Assembly: GCA_021413465.1 (NCBI GenBank)
Contig: JAIOQG010000004.1
Coordinates: 1-42,587 of the forward strand
Reading direction: 5' to 3'
DNA: 42,587 nucleotides
From: Alphaproteobacteria bacterium
Lineage (GTDB): Bacteria > Pseudomonadota > Alphaproteobacteria > Micropepsales > Micropepsaceae
A program made the translations under genes and the position numbers. Shown one piece after another: positions 1 to 7,465 of this stretch. Position 1 is the first letter of the stretch, and every line of letters begins with the position of its first letter. The notes beneath the pieces were generated by a model. The model saw nothing but the letters and a program-made list of their open reading frames with translations, had not been told where the DNA came from and made no database searches.

Positions 1-1
1 G

Positions 2-799
2 GCGGGCCACGTTGTTACGGCGCCGTCGCGGTCGCAAGCGAACCTCCTCGACGCCGCCGATCGCGCGCGCATGCTCGACACCGCCCGGCCGCAAACCATC
101 GTCCATTGCGCCTGGGTCACCGATCACGGCGCCTACTGGACCGCGGCCCAAAACCTCGACTGGGCCGCCGGCACGCTGTCTCTCGTGCGCGAAGCCCGCG
201 AGCGCGGCACCACGCGCTTCATCGGCGTCGGCACCTGCGCCGAATACGAATGGGGCAGCGACGAACCGCTGTCGGAGACCGCACCCACCGAGCCCGCGAC
301 GCTTTACGGCATCGCCAAGGACGGCACCCGCCGAACCATCGAAGCCTACGCCGCGCTCGCCGGCCTCTCATTCGCCTGGGCGCGTGTCTTCATGCTCTAC
401 GGCGCCGGTGAGCACCCAAACCGCTTGGTCCCATCGCTCGCGCGTGCCCTCGTGCGCGGCGAGCCGGCCAAGATGTCGTCGGGACGCGCGATCCGCGACT
501 TCCTCGACGCCCGCGACGTTGGCGCCGCGATCGCGGCCCTGGCGCAATCCACCGTCACCGGCCCCGTCAATATCGCCTCCGGTGTGCCCGTCAGCTTGGC
601 GCATGTCGGCGCAACATTGGCTCGAATTGCGGGCCGCCCCGATCTCCTGCAACGCGGCGCAATCCCCGATGCCATGGGCGAGCCGGCAACTCTCGTCGCC
701 AACGTTCGCCGCCTCGCCGAAGAAGTTCGGTTTGTCCCAAGCATACCGCTCGAGCAGGGTCTTGCCGACGCGCTTGACCATTGGCGGGCGCAGACATGA
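2..799 (+). CDS. NAD-dependent epimerase/dehydratase family protein (SDR sugar-nucleotide reductase/epimerase), 5'-partial
   Basis: The frame is open from the window edge (..VVTAPSRSQANLLDAADRARMLDT..), so the N-terminal Rossmann part lies upstream. YGIAK (YxxxK) catalytic motif and typical extended-SDR C-terminal half. The TGA stop at 797-799 overlaps the next ATG (ATGA). Confidence 0.75.
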   Translation, partial: AGHVVTAPSRSQANLLDAADRARMLDTARPQTIVHCAWVTDHGAYWTAAQNLDWAAGTLSLVREARERGTTRFIGVGTCAEYEWGSDEPLSETAPTEPATLYGIAKDGTRRTIEAYAALAGLSFAWARVFMLYGAGEHPNRLVPSLARALVRGEPAKMSSGRAIRDFLDARDVGAAIAALAQSTVTGPVNIASGVPVSLAHVGATLARIAGRPDLLQRGAIPDAMGEPATLVANVRRLAEEVRFVPSIPLEQGLADALDHWRAQT

Positions 800-1980
800 C
801 GCACCATTGCCCGCTTTGCCAATCCACGAACTCCATCTGCTTCGACCGCCGTGGCCGCACGCCGATCCTGCTCAACCGCACCTATGAAACCCAAGCCGCC
901 GCGCGCGCCGCCGCTACGGGCGCGCTTGCCTTCACGGGTTGCCAAAACTGCGGCTTCGTTTGGAACGCCGCCTTCGACGAAAACGCGATCGTCTACGATG
1001 GTCGCTATGAAAACGATCAAGCGCACTCGGCCGTGTTCCGTTCCCACATGGCCGACATCGGCGCACGCGCCCTGGCCATGGTGCCGGAACGCGAGCGCTT
1101 GAACATCGTCGAAGTCGGCGCGGGGCAGGGCGTATTTCTAAAAGCCGTCGCCGACGCCGCAGGCGCCAAATTGCAAAGCGCCACCGGCTTCGATCCCGCC
1201 TGGCGTGGCAAGCCCGGCGCGGGCCCCGCACCGGTGAAACTTTTCGCGGAAATGTTCGACGCGGCCACCGCAGAGCGCCTCGCGCATCGCCCAAATCTCG
1301 TCGTCAGCCGCCACACCATCGAACACGTCGCAAATCCGCTCGGCTTTTTGCGTGCCATTCACGATGCCTTGCCGGACGGCGAAATCAATCTCGCGATCGA
1401 AACGCCCTGCGTGCAATGGATTTTCGACAATTGGGCGATCCAAGATTTCTTTTACGAGCACTGCTCGCTGTTCACGGCGTCGTCGCTGCGCTTCGCATTG
1501 GCGCAAGCAGGTTTCGAATCCCGGTCGGTCTCTCACGTCTTCGGCGGCCAATATCTGTGGGCCGAAGCCAACAGGCAGGCGGCGCGCGTTGTCGCTCGAC
1601 CGGAGGCGACCGTCACAGACTTTGCCGCCTGGCTGCGCCGAAAGGATGAACTCGTAGAAACATGGTCGGCGTTCATTGCCAGCGCACGCGACAAGGGCCC
1701 CGTCTATGTCTGGGGCGCGGGCGCCAAGGGTATCACCTTTGCCTGTATGTTCGATCCGGACGCGAAGGTGTTGACGGGTCTCGTAGACATTAACCCAAAC
1801 AAACAAGGCGCTTTTGCCGCAATGACGGGTTGCCCGATCATGGCGCCGGACGCGATACTCGGCCCCCGGCCGACGATCATTGTGATGAATCCGAACTACA
1901 GCGATGAAGTCCGGCGCGCCTGCTCCGATCGTAGCCTTGAAGCCGTCATCAGCATCTATGGACCCGAGGGACCGACTTGA
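796..1980 (+). CDS. SAM-dependent methyltransferase, NDP-hexose C-methyltransferase (TylCIII)-like, paralogue 1
   Basis: N-terminal 4-Cys zinc ribbon (CPLCQS ... CQNCGFVWN), SAM motif I VEVGAGQGVFL, and a C-terminal extension like that of sugar C-methyltransferases. The ATG at 796 forms an ATGA overlap with the upstream stop; the track ORF starts at TTG 781. Confidence 0.7.
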   Translation: MTHHCPLCQSTNSICFDRRGRTPILLNRTYETQAAARAAATGALAFTGCQNCGFVWNAAFDENAIVYDGRYENDQAHSAVFRSHMADIGARALAMVPERERLNIVEVGAGQGVFLKAVADAAGAKLQSATGFDPAWRGKPGAGPAPVKLFAEMFDAATAERLAHRPNLVVSRHTIEHVANPLGFLRAIHDALPDGEINLAIETPCVQWIFDNWAIQDFFYEHCSLFTASSLRFALAQAGFESRSVSHVFGGQYLWAEANRQAARVVARPEATVTDFAAWLRRKDELVETWSAFIASARDKGPVYVWGAGAKGITFACMFDPDAKVLTGLVDINPNKQGAFAAMTGCPIMAPDAILGPRPTIIVMNPNYSDEVRRACSDRSLEAVISIYGPEGPT

Positions 1981-2732
1981 AAATTTCGATTGATACCGCC
2001 GCCCGCACACTCACCGTCGATGGTAGAAAAGTTGATCTCTACTCGCGCGAGGGTTTCGAGATCGTCTCCGATCTTTGGGTGAAAGTAGGCTGGGCCGAGA
2101 AGTACTCGTACACATTCTCATGGGCCGGCGCGCCGATCATACAGCTGCCGGAAGACATGATCCGCTATCAAGAGCTTCTCTGGGAGTTGCGCCCGGATGT
2201 CATCGTGGAAACCGGCGTGGCGCATGGCGGCTCGCTAATCTATTCCGCGAGCCTGTGTCGCCTCATTGGCAAAGGTCGCGTCATCGGCGTCGATATCGAA
2301 ATTCGTCCGCACAATCGCGAACGCATCGAGTCTCACCCGTTCGCCGAGTCAATCACCTTGTTCGAAGGCTCATCGACTGCGCCCGATATCGTTGCCGCGG
2401 TACGAAGCGCCATTCGCCCCGGCGAGAAAGTGCTTGTGGTTCTGGACTCCGATCATTCCTACAAACACGTGTTGGACGAACTGCGCGCCTATGCGCCGCT
2501 GGTGACCCCAGGCTCCTTCATCATCGCAACCGACGGCATCATGAAGGACCTGCACGACGCGCCTCGCGCAAAGGCGGAATGGCGCGACGACAATCCCACA
2601 CGCGCCGCCGCCGATTTCGCCGCCGAGAACGCCGATTTCGTATTGGAGGAGCCCACTTGGCCCTTCAACGAGAGCAATCTGAAAGCCCGCGTGACTCATT
2701 GGCCCGGCGCATATGTTAAAAAGGTGAGATAG
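1977..2732 (+). CDS. CmcI (cephalosporin hydroxylase-like) family methyltransferase
   Basis: 251 aa. The segment ..WAGAPIIQLPEDMIRYQELLWELRPDVIVETGVAHGGSLIYSA.. is characteristic of the CmcI/rhamnosyl O-methyltransferase family. The TTG start overlaps the upstream TGA (TTGA). Confidence 0.75.
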   Translation: MKISIDTAARTLTVDGRKVDLYSREGFEIVSDLWVKVGWAEKYSYTFSWAGAPIIQLPEDMIRYQELLWELRPDVIVETGVAHGGSLIYSASLCRLIGKGRVIGVDIEIRPHNRERIESHPFAESITLFEGSSTAPDIVAAVRSAIRPGEKVLVVLDSDHSYKHVLDELRAYAPLVTPGSFIIATDGIMKDLHDAPRAKAEWRDDNPTRAAADFAAENADFVLEEPTWPFNESNLKARVTHWPGAYVKKVR

Positions 2733-2829
2733 ATTCCGAAGTACGGCGCGCGCGCCACCTTCGCAGTATTTTGAGGAATGGTTGGTCAGTTCGAAACGCC
2801 GGCGTTACGACCGGCAGCCACATTGATCC

Positions 2830-3711
2830 TCAATCTGCGTCGATACGATCCGCGCCGCTTTTCCCGCGAAGCGTGGCGCGCCAGCGCGCGCTGAGTATCT
2901 TTGACCAGCGATGCGCGCGGCCTGCGTAAAAGCGAAGTACGACAGACAGATAGAGGCGGGTGGAAAAATCGGGAATAAGTTCGCGCATTTTGGCTTGGCT
3001 GTAGGATAAATAGTCATACCGAAGTTTCTGCATCTGATCGGGGTCCGCGACCGGCCTCACGGCGTCCGACGGCGGCTCGTTAAATCGTTGAATGAAGCTG
3101 GTGCGATCGCTACCCGCCACACGGTGCGTAATCAAGAACGGAAAAATCGTAAGATGATCGAAGCCCATCAGATGCGGAAAATCCCGATCGACGTGCGAAA
3201 GGCTTTCATTGAGATCTTCGGTACGAAATAGCCCGTAGATCCAGCTCGCGTGAGACTGAAACAAGAGTCGCGTTGTGTATGCCAATGAAGGCTCGTAACC
3301 ATGCCGCGCACGGAACCGCCAAATCGCCCGGCGTCGTTTTTTTTCACTTATCACGCACCCAACAGCGAGCGCGGCGTTGGGATTGTCATCCAGCAATCGC
3401 ACGGCTTCCTGAATAAAGTTAACATCCGACAGGTCGTCGTAGGCGCGCCACATGAAATAGGGCGTCCGAGCCATGCCTAGAACGTCTACAAAATTCTGCC
3501 TGGCGCCCTTATTGAACGGTTGGCGGAGATAGGTGAATCGAGCATCTTTGGCCGAGAAATCCTTGGCAATGGCAGCTGTGCCGTCGGTCGAAGCGTTGTC
3601 GAGGATGATAACCTTGAAATCCCGGAACGATTGCGCGGCTAGATTCTCAAGACATTGTTCCAGTAGGCTCTCCGAGTTGTATACCGGGACCCCGATGGTG
3701 ACGCGTGGCAT
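2830..3711 (-). CDS. Family 2 glycosyltransferase
   Basis: The N-terminus [45 protein letters not shown] is a canonical GT2 (GT-A) signature. It is the only minus-strand gene in the cluster and is visibly more AT-rich than its neighbours. Confidence 0.85.
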   Translation of the reverse strand: MPRVTIGVPVYNSESLLEQCLENLAAQSFRDFKVIILDNASTDGTAAIAKDFSAKDARFTYLRQPFNKGARQNFVDVLGMARTPYFMWRAYDDLSDVNFIQEAVRLLDDNPNAALAVGCVISEKKRRRAIWRFRARHGYEPSLAYTTRLLFQSHASWIYGLFRTEDLNESLSHVDRDFPHLMGFDHLTIFPFLITHRVAGSDRTSFIQRFNEPPSDAVRPVADPDQMQKLRYDYLSYSQAKMRELIPDFSTRLYLSVVLRFYAGRAHRWSKILSARWRATLRGKSGADRIDAD

Positions 3712-3795
3712 GCAGGCTTCCTTGCGCGGTGCTGGCGCGACCTCGGGTCAGACACGCGTCAAGCTATGGAAATTGTCAAGAGCGATGATCTCACA

Positions 3796-4572
3796 ATGAA
3801 AGCCGTGATCCTGGCCGGTGGGCTTGGTACTCGAATCTCCGAAGAAACGCACCTGCGCCCAAAGCCCATGATTGAGGTCGGCGGCCGGCCGGTACTTTGG
3901 CACATAATGAAGATTTATGCGGCGCATGGCATAACGGACTTCATCGTTTGCGCCGGCTATCGTGGCTACTTGATCAAGGAATATTTCGCCAATTACCGGC
4001 TGCACCGTTCCGATGTCAGCGTGGACCTGAGCTCGGGTGATGTTGTCTACCACGCCTCCACCGCCGAACCGTGGAAGGTCACCATCGTCGATACTGGCGA
4101 AGACACGATGACCGGTGGCCGCGTGCGCCGCATCAAGCCTTATTTGACCCCCAACGAGAGTTTCTGCCTCACCTACGGCGACGGGGTCAGCAATGTCGAC
4201 ATCTCGGCAGAAATCGCCTTCCACAAATCGCACGGCAAGGATGCCACCATCACCGCTGTGGTGCCGCCCGGGCGATACGGCGCACTGGAAATACGCCAGC
4301 ACCACGTCAACCGCTTCGTCGAAAAGCCGCCCGGCGACAACGCGCTCGTCAACGGCGGTTTTTTTGTTCTTCACCCGCGCGTGATCGATCGCATAGCGGG
4401 CGATGAAATCTCTTGGGAGGCCGAACCGCTGGAAGGGCTCGCGCGCGACGGCCAACTCATGGCTTTCACGCACACCGGTTTTTGGCAACCGATGGATACG
4501 CTGCGCGACAAGAACCGCTTGGAATCACTTTGGGAAAGCGGCACCGCACCCTGGAAAGTCTGGGACAAATGA
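3796..4572 (+). CDS. rfbF: Glucose-1-phosphate cytidylyltransferase
   Basis: [38 protein letters not shown].. carries the GGxGTR nucleotidyltransferase motif, and full-length RfbF/DdhA-type similarity is recognisable. The start is chosen at the homologous MKAVILAGG (3796); an upstream in-frame ATG at 3766 is possible. Confidence 0.9.
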   Translation: MKAVILAGGLGTRISEETHLRPKPMIEVGGRPVLWHIMKIYAAHGITDFIVCAGYRGYLIKEYFANYRLHRSDVSVDLSSGDVVYHASTAEPWKVTIVDTGEDTMTGGRVRRIKPYLTPNESFCLTYGDGVSNVDISAEIAFHKSHGKDATITAVVPPGRYGALEIRQHHVNRFVEKPPGDNALVNGGFFVLHPRVIDRIAGDEISWEAEPLEGLARDGQLMAFTHTGFWQPMDTLRDKNRLESLWESGTAPWKVWDK

Positions 4573-5572
4573 CGCGCGGCTTGCCTACACCGGCGTTCTG
4601 GCGTGGCCGGCACACGTGACGGGCCTAGCATTGGCGCCCGACGCACATCCGAACCTGTTCGATCTCGCGGGAGTGGGCACGCAAATTGAATCGACCTTCG
4701 GTGACATTCGCGTTGCCGACGCCGTGCGGGTTCTCATCGCGCGCACCGAACCGGAAATCATCATCCACATGGCGGCCCAAGCGCTCGTGCGGCGCAGTTA
4801 CCGCGAGCCAGCCGACACGTTTGCAACAAATGTCATGGGCACGGTGAACATCTTGGAGGCCGCGCGCAGTGTGGCGGGCCTCAAGGCGTGTCTCGTCATC
4901 ACATCCGACAAAGTCTACGAAAACGATGGCGCCGGCCGCGCCTTCCAGGAAGATGAAAAGCTCGGCGGCCACGATCCGTATTCCGCGTCGAAAGCGGCGA
5001 CCGACATCGTCACCGCGTCCTACCGGCAATCCTTCTTTGCACACGCCGGTGTAAAGCTCGCCACGGCGCGCGGCGGTAACGTCATCGGCGGCGGCGACTT
5101 CAGCGAAGATCGCATCGTTCCCGACATCTGGCGCGCGCACCAAAGCGGACAGCCGTTGGTGTTGCGCTATCCGGACGCGACGCGGCCGTGGCAACACGTG
5201 CTCGACTGTCTGTCCGGCTATTTCGTTTTCACTGAACAGCTTGCAACCGGCGAGGTCGACGAACCGGCGCTAAATTTCGGGCCCCATGGCCGCGAAAGCC
5301 GCCCGGTGCGCGATGTCGTCACCGCGATGCAGCGCGCCATCGGCGCAAGCGAAGGCTGGCAGCAGGCCCCCGGACCATTGTCGAAGGAGATGCCAGCGCT
5401 CGAACTCTCATGCGAACGCGCAGAACGGCTATTGCATTGGCGCTCCAAGCTCGACGCAAAGATGTCGATCGACTGGACGGCCGGCTGGTACAAGGCCTAT
5501 GCGGCGGGCGGCGACATGAAGGCTTTCACCTTGCGCCAAATTGCGGATTTCACGGCACACGCTGATGCCTGA
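4569..5572 (+). pseudogene. rfbG: CDP-glucose 4,6-dehydratase lacking the N-terminal NAD-binding motif (deletion plus frame change)
   Basis: ATG 4569 encodes [16 protein letters not shown] and then a TGA at 4617-4619. The rest of the protein (VTGLALAPDAHPNLFDLAGV..HMAAQALV..YSASK..RPWQHVLD..) continues from 4616 in another frame. The VTGHTGFKGSW Gly-rich Rossmann segment expected between FWxGK and the xLAP region is absent in all frames. Only 44 nt separate the rfbF stop from VTGLALAP. Confidence 0.7.
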
Positions 5573-6800
5573 CACCACACCCTCCTGCCGCTTCTGCCAT
5601 AACGTCTTGCGCCACCCCGTGCTCGACCTCGGCGAGCAACCATTCTCGAACAGCTACCTCGAGCCCGGCCAAGAGCGCCGCGAGAAACGTTTTCCATTGC
5701 GCGTTTGGCTGTGTGCGAATTGTTTGCTCGTGCAAACCGATTTCGACGCCCCCGCGGACGAGATTTTCTCGGCCGACTACGCCTATTTCTCGTCCGTTTC
5801 GACCTCGTGGGTCGAGCACGCGAAACGATATGCGCATCAAATGATTGCGCGCCTCGGCCTCGGGCCGAAATCGTTCGTGGTCGAAATCGCCAGCAATGAC
5901 GGCTACCTGCTGCAGCATTTTGTGGCCCAGGGCATTCCGGTCCTCGGCATCGAACCGACGCGGGGCACCGCCGAAGCTGCAATCGCTAAGGGCATTAACA
6001 CCCGCATCGATTTCTTCGGCGAGAAACTGGCCATCGCGCAAAAGGCCGAAAGCGGCGGCGCCGATCTCATCGCCGCCAACAACGTGCTGGCCCACGTGCC
6101 CGACATCGCGGACTTCACGCGCGGCTTTGCAGCGCTCCTAAAACCGGAAGGCGTCGCAACCTTCGAATTCCCCCACGTCCAGCGCCTGATCGAAGGTCTC
6201 CAATTCGACACGATCTATCACGAGCACTTCTCTTACCTCTCGCTCCATGCCGTCGAAACGATTTTCGCCGCCGCCGGTTTGCGCGTGTTCGATGTCGAGG
6301 AAGTCCCAACGCATGGCGGATCGCTACGCGTTTTCGCAGCACGCAAATCAAGTGCGCACTCGGAAACAGCCCGCGTCGCCCAAATGCGCGAGCAAGAACG
6401 CCGCGCAGGTCTCGACGTGCCGGACGGATACGCCGCGCTCAAAATTCGCGTCGGCGCGGTTCGCGAACAGTTTCTTTCCTTCCTCGCGACAGCGAGACGC
6501 GAGGGCAAGACCGTCGCCGCCTACGGCGCTGCCGCCAAAGGCAACACGTTCCTCAACTACTGCGGCGTCACGGCCCGCGATCTCGCCTTCGTGGCCGATG
6601 CCAGCGCCGCTAAGCAAGGCAAGCTGCTGCCGGGCAGCCACGTTCCGATCGTCAGCCCCTCGGAACTCTTGGCCCGAAAGCCGGGCTACATCGTCATTTT
6701 GCCGTGGAACATCAAAGACGAGATCGCGCGTTCGATGGCCCCGGTGCGCGAGTGGGGCGGCAAATTCGTCATCTCCATCCCGGACCTGCAGATTTTCTGA
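5565..6800 (+). CDS. NDP-hexose C-methyltransferase (TylCIII-like), paralogue 2
   Basis: Zinc ribbon CRFCHN ... LCANCLLVQTD, SAM motif VVEIASNDGYLL, and a C-terminal C-methyltransferase-type domain (..AAYGAAAKGNTFLNYCG..ILPWNIKDEI..). ATG 5565 overlaps the rfbG stop by 8 nt. Confidence 0.8.
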   Translation: MPDTTPSCRFCHNVLRHPVLDLGEQPFSNSYLEPGQERREKRFPLRVWLCANCLLVQTDFDAPADEIFSADYAYFSSVSTSWVEHAKRYAHQMIARLGLGPKSFVVEIASNDGYLLQHFVAQGIPVLGIEPTRGTAEAAIAKGINTRIDFFGEKLAIAQKAESGGADLIAANNVLAHVPDIADFTRGFAALLKPEGVATFEFPHVQRLIEGLQFDTIYHEHFSYLSLHAVETIFAAAGLRVFDVEEVPTHGGSLRVFAARKSSAHSETARVAQMREQERRAGLDVPDGYAALKIRVGAVREQFLSFLATARREGKTVAAYGAAAKGNTFLNYCGVTARDLAFVADASAAKQGKLLPGSHVPIVSPSELLARKPGYIVILPWNIKDEIARSMAPVREWGGKFVISIPDLQIF

Positions 6801-6801
6801 A

Positions 6802-7335
6802 ATGCGCTTTGTCCCGCAAAAAATCGCAGGCGTTTTCGTTGTCGAGGTTGAGCCTCAAATCGACGAGCGTGGCGCCTTCGTCCGCGTCTTTTGCGCAGAA
6901 GAATTCGCCCGCGCCGGAATCGACTTCGCTGCCCCGCAAATCAACCTCTCAACAAATGCAAAGCGCCACACGCTGCGCGGCTTGCACTATCAGGACGCTC
7001 CTTTCGCCGAGGCCAAATTCGTGCGCGCCGTTCGCGGCAGTGCCTTCGATGTCGTGGTCGATCTGCGCGCCGGAAGTCCGACCGAAAACCAGTGGATCTC
7101 TGTCGACCTCGACAGCCGGCGCATGAACGGCGTCTACATTCCGGAAGGCTGCGCCCACGGCTTCCTGACCTTGGAGGACGACACCGATATCCTCTATCAA
7201 ATGGGGCGATCGTTCGTGGCGGGCCATGGGCGCGGCGTAAGGTGGAACGACCCGGCCTTTGGCATCGCCTGGCCGGCGGTTCCGGCGGTAATGTCGGATC
7301 GCGACGCCGCCTATCCCGCCCGCATCACGGCTTGA
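6802..7335 (+). CDS. RmlC-like cupin, NDP-4-keto-6-deoxyhexose 3,5-epimerase family
   Basis: MRFVPQKIAGVFVVEVEPQIDERGAFVRVF.. and RGLHYQ..KFVRAVRGSAFDVVVDLR..GVYIPEGCAHGF are RmlC/RfbC family hallmarks. The ATG lies 1 nt after the upstream stop. Confidence 0.8.
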   Translation: MRFVPQKIAGVFVVEVEPQIDERGAFVRVFCAEEFARAGIDFAAPQINLSTNAKRHTLRGLHYQDAPFAEAKFVRAVRGSAFDVVVDLRAGSPTENQWISVDLDSRRMNGVYIPEGCAHGFLTLEDDTDILYQMGRSFVAGHGRGVRWNDPAFGIAWPAVPAVMSDRDAAYPARITA

Positions 7336-7465
7336 CGATTCGGGCGAAAATAAAGGATTTCGGCCAAAGATCACGTTTCGGTAACTGGACTTGTGGCCGT
7401 GAACCGCGCGACAACACGCGCCTGTTTCGCACTTTCCCGCTCTGTCCTGGTTCTGGAGAATCCTG

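Noticed and set aside
12-887. 291-aa ORF in an alternate frame over the SDR gene
   Set aside because: It is a Pro/Ser/Arg/Ala-rich nonsense-like translation. The overlapping frame carries the YxxxK SDR motif and ends in an ATGA coupling with the next gene.
1510-1524. tRNA T-arm-like string GGTTTCGAATCCCGG
   Set aside because: It lies inside the methyltransferase coding frame and is not the exact GGTTCGAATCC consensus. The flanks do not fold into a cloverleaf. Similar TTCGAATCC strings at about 8771 and 11300 are also within CDSs.
4403-4568. Upstream extension of the rfbG reading frame overlapping the 3' end of rfbF
   Set aside because: The translation ([20 protein letters not shown]...) has no dehydratase similarity and no GxxGxxG. 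It is merely an open alternate frame of rfbF, so it does not rescue the missing N-terminus.
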